Shown here in pieces: positions 54,139 through 62,444 of a DNA stretch of 64,000 bases. The DNA is taken from the NCBI GenBank assembly GCA_964349065.1, contig CAYGEY010000002.1:907-64906 (forward strand), read 5' to 3'. The position numbers and the translations under genes were made by a program. Source of the stretch: an uncultured Candidatus Peribacteria bacterium (lineage in GTDB: Bacteria; Patescibacteriota; Gracilibacteria; 1-14-2-50-48-13). Each line of letters starts with the position of its first letter. Positions within the stretch are counted from its first letter, which is position 1. A model generated the notes under the pieces. It ran no database searches and was not told where the DNA came from. It saw only the letters and a list, made by a program, of their open reading frames with translations.

Positions 54139-54780
54139 ATGACAAAAACAGCATTATTACTCATTGATATACAAAATGATTTTCTTCCCGGTGGCTCCCT
54201 TTCAGTTCATGAAGGTGATCAGGTGATACCTGTTGCAAATGAACTTATTATTTTTGCACGTAAGCATAATTGGCTTGTCATAGCGACGCAGGATTGGCAC
54301 CCGAAAAATCATAGGAGTTTTGCTATCAACAATCCTGGAGCGAAAGTTTATGATAAAGGAGTGCTCGATGGTCTCCCACAAGTTTGGTGGCCTGTGCACT
54401 GCGTTCAGGGTTCACATGGGGCAAAGATTGCGAAGGAGTTACTGAAACCTGATATTGTTATTCAAAAAGGCATGCATCCCAATATAGATAGTTACAGCGG
54501 TTTTTTTGATAACGCTCACAGGGCGAAAACTGAGCTTGATGATTTGCTCAAAAAACATCATGCACAGAAGCTTGTTATTTTGGGCATTGCAACTGATTAC
54601 TGTGTGAAATATACGGTGTTGGATGGACTGTCTCTGGGATATGAAGTTATGGTTGTCACAGACGGTTGTCGAGGTGTGGATATGCCGAATGGGAGCTGTG
54701 ATGAGGCGTTTGCAGAGATGAAAAAATCCGGAGCGATTTTGGCAACATTAGATAAAACTATAAAAAACTTGCAATTGTAG
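54139..54780 (+). CDS. pncA: nicotinamidase/pyrazinamidase (isochorismatase family)
   Basis: ALLLIDIQNDFLPGGSL, QDWHP and catalytic Cys in GIATDYCV. Confidence 0.85.
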   Translation: MTKTALLLIDIQNDFLPGGSLSVHEGDQVIPVANELIIFARKHNWLVIATQDWHPKNHRSFAINNPGAKVYDKGVLDGLPQVWWPVHCVQGSHGAKIAKELLKPDIVIQKGMHPNIDSYSGFFDNAHRAKTELDDLLKKHHAQKLVILGIATDYCVKYTVLDGLSLGYEVMVVTDGCRGVDMPNGSCDEAFAEMKKSGAILATLDKTIKNLQL

Positions 54781-54829
54781 CGCTTTTTCTTATGATTCTC
54801 TCATAAAAGTATCATATTATCGTTTTACT

Positions 54830-55744
54830 ATGGCACTCTCACACGAACACCCTTATGCAGTACTCCTCTATTATAAATTTGTCGATATTGCAGATCCACA
54901 TACAGTTGTGTATGACCATCTGACGGTGTGTAAAAATCTTAACCTTTTGGGAAGGATTTATATTTCAGAAGAAGGAATAAACGGGACATGCAGTGGGAAA
55001 GTTGAAGATTTGGAAAAGTATTTGAAATACATGAAGAAGCATCCGCTTTTTGAAGATACAAAGTTTAAAATAGATAATGTAAATGAGCATGCATTTCGAA
55101 AAATATTTGTGCGATATCGTCCGGAAATTGTGGCTTCTGATTTGTTTGATGCAGTTCATCCGAAAGAAGGCGGAAAGCATTTATCCCCGGCTCAGTGGCA
55201 GGAGATGGCAAAAAATGATCCGGATGCTGTGATGTTTGACGCAAGAAATAATTATGAATCAGTGATCGGGACATTTGAAGGTGCTGTAGTACCAAATACA
55301 GAGAGGTTTCGTGATTTGAAAGATATGGTGGACGAAGGAAAATTTGATGAATTGAAAGATAAGAAATTAATGATGTTTTGTACCGGCGGAATACGATGCG
55401 AAAAGATCAGCGCTTATTTTAAAAAGAAGGGGTTTAATGATGTGTACCAGCTCGATGGTGGGATAGTGAGTTATGCGAAAAAAATTCCGGAGGAGGAAAG
55501 GCTATTTAAAGGAAAATGTTTTGTGTTTGATGATAGGATTGCCGTGCCGATCACGAAAGATGTATTGTCGGAGTGCTACCACTGCGGCGTAGCATGTGAC
55601 CGGTATTTAAATTGTACGAATGCAGAGTGTAATGAACTTTTTTTATGCTGTGATGATTGTGAAGTAATGACAGGGCATGCATGCAGTGAGGCATGTGCAG
55701 CACAGCCACGAGCAGAGTGGAAGAGGAAAGATTTGGTGGGGTAG
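54830..55744 (+). CDS. trhO: rhodanese-domain tRNA uridine(34) hydroxylase (UPF0176/YceA)
   Basis: 304 aa. LLYYKF N-terminus, active-site loop MFCTGGIRCEK, C-terminal Cys-rich tail. Confidence 0.85.
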   Translation: MALSHEHPYAVLLYYKFVDIADPHTVVYDHLTVCKNLNLLGRIYISEEGINGTCSGKVEDLEKYLKYMKKHPLFEDTKFKIDNVNEHAFRKIFVRYRPEIVASDLFDAVHPKEGGKHLSPAQWQEMAKNDPDAVMFDARNNYESVIGTFEGAVVPNTERFRDLKDMVDEGKFDELKDKKLMMFCTGGIRCEKISAYFKKKGFNDVYQLDGGIVSYAKKIPEEERLFKGKCFVFDDRIAVPITKDVLSECYHCGVACDRYLNCTNAECNELFLCCDDCEVMTGHACSEACAAQPRAEWKRKDLVG

Positions 55745-55825
55745 ATTTTTTTGTTTTTTTGCTTGCAGAATACTGATTTCTGAGTATTTTTCTGCACGTC
55801 TTTAAAAAATAAAAAGGATATTACC

Positions 55826-56092
55826 TTGATCACAGCTCAAAAATCAGAAATTTCTCAGGTATTTAGAGATTTTGCTCAAAAGAGACATAACATAAAAATT
55901 CAAACAATTTTTGGAGGAACTCCAACAAATTTTACCAGCAACAAGGCACTCAATGATGCTCTGAAAGAAGCTCAAGCAAACCAGCAACAAGCACAAATCA
56001 CCTGGAACTTGATTGTCTTCAACTACCACCATGTACATTTGTTTCCACAGGGTGGAAATCAAAGGATTGTGGTGACCAAAAAATATAAATAA
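55826..56092 (+). CDS. small hypothetical protein, paralogue of 56918..57196
   Basis: 88 aa, TTG start 7 nt after AAGGA. Shares FRDFAQK..I.I..I....P.NF...ALKEA...TWN....Y..VHL with the paralogue. Confidence 0.5.
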   Translation: MITAQKSEISQVFRDFAQKRHNIKIQTIFGGTPTNFTSNKALNDALKEAQANQQQAQITWNLIVFNYHHVHLFPQGGNQRIVVTKKYK

Positions 56093-56106
56093 AGAAAATA
56101 CATGAT

Positions 56107-56138
56107 AAGAACCCTTCCGGTTAACTGGAAGGGTTCTT
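56107..56138. terminator. bidirectional hairpin terminator
   Basis: AAGAACCCTTCC-ggttaact-GGAAGGGTTCTT: a 12-bp perfect stem with a T run 3' on the plus strand. Confidence 0.75.
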
Positions 56139-56148
56139 TAACTGTTTT

Positions 56149-56757
56149 TTAGATGTTGCTATTCAATAGTGCATCAACCTCTTGCCAGGCAGAACCTATA
56201 TCAGTTATATTATCTTCGAACGAATCTTCCAGTCCCTTCCTTCGAATAAATACTACAAGTAACTGACCAACATAGGCATGGAGCTTCACAAGATAATTTA
56301 CTGCATCTTCAGTTGGCATTGCAATGAGCTTGTCAATCTTCAACAGTGAAGTATCTGACTCATTTTTAGCCAAAGATGAGCATTCACATACAACTACTTC
56401 TATCTGTTTTTCCTCAATCTCTTTTTCTAAAAGGCATTTCAGCCAAGAATAGGCTTTCGATCCTTTCATTGCTCTTTTCGCCATTCTCTCTGCTACCGGG
56501 TCGCTGTCAGATTGATAGAATGCATAGATATTTTTTATGTTTTCATGAACCTTTTGTAATTCTTCCTCTGTAAATTTAATGCTTACATCAAGCAATTCTT
56601 GACGAATCACACTCAGCGCTGGCCGGTCTAGATTTTTCAATAAATGAAATCTTTTGCCGACATACTTTGACATCACAGTGATAGCTCTCAAGACAGGTTC
56701 ATTTCCATAGAGAAAATCTAAATGTTTGATTAGTCTATTTAGATCAATTTCTAACAT
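56149..56757 (-). CDS. hypothetical helical protein
   Basis: 202-aa ORF lying between the two paralogous small genes, on the opposite strand. Confidence 0.5.
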   Translation of the reverse strand: MLEIDLNRLIKHLDFLYGNEPVLRAITVMSKYVGKRFHLLKNLDRPALSVIRQELLDVSIKFTEEELQKVHENIKNIYAFYQSDSDPVAERMAKRAMKGSKAYSWLKCLLEKEIEEKQIEVVVCECSSLAKNESDTSLLKIDKLIAMPTEDAVNYLVKLHAYVGQLLVVFIRRKGLEDSFEDNITDIGSAWQEVDALLNSNI

Positions 56758-56917
56758 ATTTTTTGCTCCTAGTTTCTTTCGTTTTTTTACACAATAATTT
56801 ATATTTGTTTTATGTCAACTCCAACGCCACTCAGAAACGAATATATATACATTTTCAAAGTATTTACAAAAAGATTTTTTATATTTATATTATTATAAAA
56901 AAGGAAACATATCTAAC

Positions 56918-57196
56918 ATGTATGAATCTGAAAAAGATTTCAGAGAATATGCACGAAAAAACTATGGAATCGAAATCGGTATAATTCACGATCAGATTCC
57001 TTATAATTTTCAAAATCTTCCTCATGTAGTTGCCGCACTAAATGAAGCATTTAGAAAAGCAAATACCGTCTGGAATTTTGAATTTTGTTATTTGTACGTA
57101 CATTTGACTACAAACACTCCTAATATATGCAATAGAAAAGTATATAAGAATGGAGTGTTTGAGGAAAATGAGTGGAGTCCACCTCTTCAAAGCTAA
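56918..57196 (+). CDS. small hypothetical protein, paralogue of 55826..56092
   Basis: 92 aa. AAGGA lies 12 nt upstream of the ATG. Motifs FREYARK..IEIGII...IPYNF...ALNEA...VWNF...YLYVHL. Confidence 0.5.
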   Translation: MYESEKDFREYARKNYGIEIGIIHDQIPYNFQNLPHVVAALNEAFRKANTVWNFEFCYLYVHLTTNTPNICNRKVYKNGVFEENEWSPPLQS

Positions 57197-57233
57197 AAGT
57201 CTGTTTGAGAAATTCAATTTTTCAGACAGACTT
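57197..57233. terminator. hairpin between convergent 56918..57196 and xth
   Basis: AAGTCTGTTTGAGAAA-ttcaa-TTTTTCAGACAGACTT (16-bp stem, two mismatches). Confidence 0.65.
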
Positions 57234-57254
57234 ATTCAAAAATGTTAAATATAT

Positions 57255-58019
57255 TTACTTTAACTCCAACACCACCGGGCAATGATCTGATCCTCTGAGA
57301 TCATTCCTGATTGTAATCCCCTTAATATCCGGCACTACATCCTCAGATACCACGAAATAATCAATCCTCCACCCGACATTGTTATCCCGTGCGCGAAATC
57401 GTTGATCCCACCACGTATATACATCCTTAGTCTCCGGGTTGAGATGTCTCCATACGTCTACATACCCGTTTTCTAAAAGCTTGGTAAACCATTCTCTCTC
57501 CATTGGTAAAAATCCGGAGTTGTTCACATTCGCCTTTGGTCGCGCCAAATCAATCTCATTGTGCGCAACATTAAAGTCTCCACATGAGATTATTTTTTGG
57601 CCTTTTGCACGCTCCTTATTAAACACATCAATCATATATTCACTAAACCGCATTTTGTAATCCAGTCGCTCCGGACCACTTCCCCCATTTGGGAAATATA
57701 TTCCATATATCGAATACTTCCCGATCACAGCTTTGATCACGCGACCCTCAATATCAAACTCAGGATTCTCAATCCCATTCTCCACTTTGTCCGGGGTGAT
57801 CCGAGTAAACAACGCCGTCCCGCTATACCCCTTCCTCTCCGCCGGATTCCAATATGTTTTGTAATGCTCGTGCTCCAATAATTCCTTTCCCAACTGATCA
57901 ACCTGTGCCTTAATTTCTTGTAAAAACACTAGCTCAGGAGCCTCTTCATGAAGCATTTCTAAAAACCCTTTTTTGAGAATAGCACGGACACCGTTGACAT
58001 TGAACGTCATGATTTTCAT
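57255..58019 (-). CDS. xth: exodeoxyribonuclease III (AP endonuclease)
   Basis: MKIMTFNVNGVRA, FLQEIK, GDFNVAHNEIDL, SDHCPV. Confidence 0.92.
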   Translation of the reverse strand: MKIMTFNVNGVRAILKKGFLEMLHEEAPELVFLQEIKAQVDQLGKELLEHEHYKTYWNPAERKGYSGTALFTRITPDKVENGIENPEFDIEGRVIKAVIGKYSIYGIYFPNGGSGPERLDYKMRFSEYMIDVFNKERAKGQKIISCGDFNVAHNEIDLARPKANVNNSGFLPMEREWFTKLLENGYVDVWRHLNPETKDVYTWWDQRFRARDNNVGWRIDYFVVSEDVVPDIKGITIRNDLRGSDHCPVVLELK

Positions 58020-58153
58020 GGTAGCGATGTGAGAAATATTGCGAAAGTAGTATGGCGGGGAAGGTGGATGTGTGCAAGATTATGGTGGATTTTGTGAATA
58101 AATTCTCTTGCGTTTGCGGTGATGATTAGTAAAATACCTTCAGTTCATAGCGT

Positions 58154-58229
58154 GCGGGTATAGTTCAATTGGCTAGAATTACTGCCTTCCAAGCAGTCTA
58201 TATGGGTTCGAGTCCCATTACCCGCTCCA
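58154..58229 (+). tRNA. tRNA-Gly (anticodon UCC), CCA encoded
   Basis: Hand-folded cloverleaf. Acceptor GCGGGTA/TACCCGC, D arm GTTC/GAAT, anticodon arm ACTGC-CTTCCAA-GCAGT, T arm ATGGG-TTCGAGT-CCCAT, discriminator U, then CCA. Candidate promoter TTGCGT-16-TAAAAT at 58108..58135. Confidence 0.95.
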
Positions 58230-58241
58230 GAATTAGAAAAT

Positions 58242-58784
58242 CTATAAACCTTGTTTTTCAAGTATTTCATCTATTGAGCTTGAGAGGTCTTTGATCGTAC
58301 CGTTATTCATAATGCTATAATCAGCAAGTTTCATACATTCAAAAAGCCTTTGAACAGTGCCCGAATTCTCTAAACGCTCACGTTCAATAAACTCTTCCAA
58401 AGAATCAGCTTCACCTAACTTCCCCCTATCTTTTACTCTTTCAAATCGTGTTTTTGGATCAGCATCAATACTAATAAGAAAAAAATCTGAATTTTTCCTC
58501 AGAAAATCAATTTGCTCCAGCATTCTCATACCTGTAATTATCCCAATGGAATTTATTTGATCCAGTATATATTCAGCAAGATAAGTCGGCCCTTTTTCCT
58601 GAGAGATTGTTCTTCCTATTTCAATGAGAGTCTCCCTTGTAGTTGAAAGCCCTTTTGATAATGCGATATCTTTAATAGGTTGGCTTATCTGAAAATGTCC
58701 GGCTCCTGTTTTCTTGGCAATATATTCTGCGCATGTGTCTTTACCAACTCCTATTGGACCGATTATGCCTATGACTTTTTTCAT
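58242..58784 (-). CDS. P-loop deoxynucleoside-monophosphate kinase, T4 gp1-like
   Basis: Start MKKVIGIIGPIGVGKDTCAEYI at 58784. GxGKDT P-loop, FQISQPIKDIAL and C-terminal IMNNGTIKDLSSSI parallel the recalled T4 gp1 (SGKDTTADFI, YQLAGPIKDAL, ITNDGSLEELFSKI). Confidence 0.65.
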   Translation of the reverse strand: MKKVIGIIGPIGVGKDTCAEYIAKKTGAGHFQISQPIKDIALSKGLSTTRETLIEIGRTISQEKGPTYLAEYILDQINSIGIITGMRMLEQIDFLRKNSDFFLISIDADPKTRFERVKDRGKLGEADSLEEFIERERLENSGTVQRLFECMKLADYSIMNNGTIKDLSSSIDEILEKQGL

Positions 58785-58892
58785 GGATTGAATACAAATT
58801 ATGTGAGCATGATAAAGCAAGATTGATTCAAACACAATTCCATTTACTAAAAACTAAAACATTATAGGTTGTTTTATATTCCAAGAATAATA

Positions 58893-59972
58893 ATGCACCC
58901 AAACTCAAATCTCATATTGACATCCACTATCGTCACAGCCCCATCCGTGAACACACTCAATTTCGAGGCGTTGAAAATAGTACAAAATAAAAACATGCAT
59001 CCTATCTCCACAAGAGCCGGTGCATGTTATCAAACGAATGACGTGATCTACACTCTCCAAAACTCTCAAAATCGAGTTCCCACTCTCAGAGAAAAAATGC
59101 TGGAATACTTTCGAAAGGAAATGATGGCATATCTCAAAGGCGTTCGAGTGGTGGATGCAGAAAACGGTCTCGGTCATGCATCTAAATATTGGTTCAAAAT
59201 TGCAAATCACGAAAGAGAGATTAATTCCAATTACGGTCACTATATTTTTTTCCAGGAAATACCCGGGAGGCAGGAAATTTTTCCAAAAAATACACAGTTC
59301 TTCTGGGCGGCAGAGCGGCTTGTCGAGAATATCCATACACGTCGTGCCATTATCAACATAAATCAACTGCATCACAAACAAGATGAAGAATACATAGAAG
59401 ATCATGAAGTCGTCATTGAAAACAGCAGAGATTTCCCGTGCACAGTTTCATTACAATTTCAAGTTATTGAGAATAAGCTGCATTGTATTGCCAATGCTCG
59501 AAGCACGGATATTATCACCGGACTTCCCTATGACATTGCGTTTTTCTCGTTTGTGAATGAGCTCATGTACCGACACCTCAAACAAAATTATAGTAATGTT
59601 AACGAATCCATTCAAATTCTGGAGCTTGGACCAACTGTTATGAAATCCGAGTGCACGCAAATTTATGAAAATGCGCTTGCAGAAAAGGCTATAAAAGAGA
59701 TCATCGGGAAGACATATTTCAAACTAAATAAAGCCTGGGAGTTGCAAGGACCATGGTCTGTGGGTGCACTCATACATGATCTGTCAGAACATATTTCCTC
59801 CGTTGAAAAAAATAATGGAGCGGATAATTTTGATAGGAATGGTTCTACATATCCAAATGAAATAGCGGCTACTGATCCTATGCCGCAAATCACAGATGCC
59901 AATCTTGTACTTCATGAAATTTATTCAAAAGAGAAGCCAACTTCTGAAGTGATGAAATGGGTGTATCAATAA
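58893..59972 (+). CDS. thymidylate-synthase-superfamily pyrimidine C5 transferase, dCMP hydroxymethylase/methylase-like (T4 gp42-like)
   Basis: KEMMAYL (Glu), KYWFKIANHEREINSNYG, IHTRRAI (Arg pair), DFPC (Cys codon 59439..59441), ARSTD, and GLPYDIA (Asp codon 59532..59534) where ThyA has GLPFNIA. An extra C-terminal extension of about 95 aa has no recognisable motif. Confidence 0.75.
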   Translation: MHPNSNLILTSTIVTAPSVNTLNFEALKIVQNKNMHPISTRAGACYQTNDVIYTLQNSQNRVPTLREKMLEYFRKEMMAYLKGVRVVDAENGLGHASKYWFKIANHEREINSNYGHYIFFQEIPGRQEIFPKNTQFFWAAERLVENIHTRRAIININQLHHKQDEEYIEDHEVVIENSRDFPCTVSLQFQVIENKLHCIANARSTDIITGLPYDIAFFSFVNELMYRHLKQNYSNVNESIQILELGPTVMKSECTQIYENALAEKAIKEIIGKTYFKLNKAWELQGPWSVGALIHDLSEHISSVEKNNGADNFDRNGSTYPNEIAATDPMPQITDANLVLHEIYSKEKPTSEVMKWVYQ

Positions 59973-60016
59973 TTTTTTTGTGATATGATGCTCTTGCAAT
60001 CAATGAACTTCATATT

Positions 60017-60592
60017 ATGCCAAAACTACTTCACTCAAAAAACTTCCTCAGCTTTCTCATCATCCTCGATATCTTCATGGCTATTGCCGCGACAGTTTAT
60101 GATTGGAACAAATATATGGAGCTCCCTTGGTATCTCCTGCTTTTTGCACCAATCTGCCCTGTTTATCCGCTGTTTATTGCCATTTGTTTTTGGTATGTAC
60201 TTCAGAAAAAAGAGATTCCAAGTCCCCTTCTCGCCTTTACATTGATGGGGGCGATTTCGTACGGGATTATGAATTTCATTTTTTATCCCCTGCATATGAT
60301 TTATGCGGGATTTACATTTCAGATTGTCGGGAATATGCTGTGGGTATTTGTGTATACTGTGCAAGCGCTTTTGTTAGTGAAAAAGCCACTTCATCCTTCG
60401 ATGCTTGCGATTGGTTTGATAGGGCTGTATTTTTTATGCAAAGATATTATTGATATGTTTTTTTATCGATTTTCGTATGTCATTGGGGATGGGTATCCGA
60501 TGTGGATTAAAGTAGTTTCATTCGTGTGTGTGCTGGTGATTCATGCAGGGTTGGTGGTGTGGATATGGAGGGGGAGGAAGAAATCCTCTTAA
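60017..60592 (+). CDS. polytopic membrane protein (about 6 TM; possibly DUF1405-like)
   Basis: 191 aa, hydrophobic throughout. The WYLLLFAPICPVYPLF motif only vaguely recalls DUF1405. Confidence 0.5.
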   Translation: MPKLLHSKNFLSFLIILDIFMAIAATVYDWNKYMELPWYLLLFAPICPVYPLFIAICFWYVLQKKEIPSPLLAFTLMGAISYGIMNFIFYPLHMIYAGFTFQIVGNMLWVFVYTVQALLLVKKPLHPSMLAIGLIGLYFLCKDIIDMFFYRFSYVIGDGYPMWIKVVSFVCVLVIHAGLVVWIWRGRKKSS

Positions 60593-61482
60593 ATTCCAAG
60601 CTCCTTTCGAACTTGGGCTAATGATTTAACTTCACCTTTTCTTACTTGTTCTCTGGCACTCTTGATATCATGTAAATATAACTTCTTCTCAACCAAACTT
60701 ATAAGTCTCTTATCAGTTTTCTCATTAATATTCACTGACCTTTCAAAAAACTCATACTTCCCAGATTCAGAGTTTTTTATCATGCTAGTGACGACTTCTG
60801 CGATAGCATCAAAAGGAATTTGTTCATTCGTATCAGGTTTCCTAACTAATGCTACAAGATCCTGTAAGGTCGATGTAGGAACCCATTCATTATAAACAAT
60901 TGGGGATTGGATCTTTTTTCCAACAGCCGCTTTGATTGTTGTCACATTTTGCAAAATTGCACCAAAAAGCCTTCTGTTGCCGTCAGAAACTATGAACTTG
61001 TTATCACGTTCAACAGCAAAGATCGGAAAATGATCCACATCGTTTACGTGCTTTTGGGAATTGAAATGATTATCTTTCATCTTTTGAAATTCATCAGCTG
61101 GAAGTTTTTGTATAAAATCCTGAACTTCTTTGACGGATGGTTGTAGACTTAGATGCTTAAATTCCTGAAAATTTACCCCAAAATGAAATTTATCAATTTC
61201 AACCATATCTTCACTCCATTCAATATTCTCTGACGTGAGCCAACTCACAATATTTTTAAGTTTAAAACCTCTGGAAATACCATGGACTCCATTCCAAAAA
61301 TCTCGAATTGGGGCGAAGGTATGATGACTGTTAAACCAAGTTCGAATCTCGTTATCTATTTTTACCCATGTTTGTTCGTCGTTGATAGTGGAAAAAAATT
61401 TCCGGAATTCATGGGAAAGGTAATCTTCAGCGATTTTTCTACGAAGCGGATCATAGATGTGGGATGGGTAGGGGTTTGGCAT
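60589..61482 (-). CDS. ParB/sulfiredoxin-fold (ParB-like nuclease domain) protein
   Basis: 297 aa. FPIFAVERDNKFIVSDGNRRLFGAILQNVTTIKAAV matches the ParB N-domain pattern P-I-x-V..(x)..I-V-x-G-x-R-R-x-x-A..G..I-x-A-x-V. Confidence 0.5.
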   Translation of the reverse strand: MPNPYPSHIYDPLRRKIAEDYLSHEFRKFFSTINDEQTWVKIDNEIRTWFNSHHTFAPIRDFWNGVHGISRGFKLKNIVSWLTSENIEWSEDMVEIDKFHFGVNFQEFKHLSLQPSVKEVQDFIQKLPADEFQKMKDNHFNSQKHVNDVDHFPIFAVERDNKFIVSDGNRRLFGAILQNVTTIKAAVGKKIQSPIVYNEWVPTSTLQDLVALVRKPDTNEQIPFDAIAEVVTSMIKNSESGKYEFFERSVNINEKTDKRLISLVEKKLYLHDIKSAREQVRKGEVKSLAQVRKELGI

Positions 61483-61543
61483 GGGGAGTGATTGACAAGT
61501 AACGACGTGAGTATATCTTCAGAACATAGTATTTACAATATTT

Positions 61544-62101
61544 ATGAGCCTTTCAGAATTTCAAACCGACGTTCATAAATGGACCAAAAACTTTGAAACA
61601 CAGTATTGGCCAGAACACGAAATATATACTCGTCTTGGTGAAGAATTCGGCGAGCTCGCAGATGCGCTTGAAGGGGATTCAAATGAAAAAATTCAAAATA
61701 TTGCCGATGAGATAACAGATATCATGTTCACTGTTATTTGCTTAGCAAATAAGTTAGGACTTGATCTCAATGAAAGTTGGGAAAAAATGAAAGGTCAAAA
61801 TAATATCGAAGATTTGATGGAAAAATTTGATAAAAAATACACAACAGAACTTGAAATTTATGCCCGTCTTGGAGTGGAATCTGGCAAACTCGCCAGAGCG
61901 ATTAATACAAAATTTGGACATAAAAAAGCGAAGCCTGGTGAAATGACTCCAGAAATAGATGTTCAGATCACGAATATTATTTTCACTGTAAAGTGCTTGG
62001 CAAGTAAATTAGCAATTGATGTAGATGCTAGTTGGGAGAAGATGAAAAGAGAGAAATTTGAGAGGGATAAGGATAGGTATGAGCAAAAAGAGAAAAGTTA
62101 A
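61544..62101 (+). CDS. tandem MazG-type all-alpha NTP pyrophosphohydrolase
   Basis: Repeat 1 has the metal motif GEEFGELADA ... ADEITDIMF. Repeat 2 (GVESGKLARA ... DVQITNIIF) has lost most acidic ligands. Both repeats end ..SWEKMK. Confidence 0.8.
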   Translation: MSLSEFQTDVHKWTKNFETQYWPEHEIYTRLGEEFGELADALEGDSNEKIQNIADEITDIMFTVICLANKLGLDLNESWEKMKGQNNIEDLMEKFDKKYTTELEIYARLGVESGKLARAINTKFGHKKAKPGEMTPEIDVQITNIIFTVKCLASKLAIDVDASWEKMKREKFERDKDRYEQKEKS

Positions 62102-62166
62102 GATTAGCGCAATCCAGTGATCTAAAAAATCTGTTCAAAAAAGTATTATGCTGATATAATCAAGTC

Positions 62167-62424
62167 ATGAATAAAATACTTACATATAGTGTCCGATTTG
62201 AAGAGGCTGAAGAAGGGGGTTATAATGCTTTTGTACCTATTTTGCCAGGCTGTATGACGCAAGGTGATACTCTCGAAGAGGCAAAAGAAAATATAAAAGA
62301 TGCTATTACCGGATATATAGCAGTACTTAAAGAAGATAATGAGCCAATCCCTGTTGAAAGTTCTAAGCATATTTCCATTAAAATTAAGGTTCCAATAAAC
62401 ACTAGAGGATTAACATTAGCATAG
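62167..62424 (+). CDS. hicB: HicB-family antitoxin (UPF0150 fold)
   Basis: 85 aa. YSVRFEEAEEGGYNAFVPILPGCMTQGDTLEEAKENIKDAI. Confidence 0.8.
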   Translation: MNKILTYSVRFEEAEEGGYNAFVPILPGCMTQGDTLEEAKENIKDAITGYIAVLKEDNEPIPVESSKHISIKIKVPINTRGLTLA

Positions 62425-62444
62425 TGACTGATCGATTACCACAG

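Noticed and set aside
58905-59405. 166-aa minus-strand ORF
   Set aside because: It is antisense to the TS-family gene, whose motif content is convincing. It has no motifs of its own.
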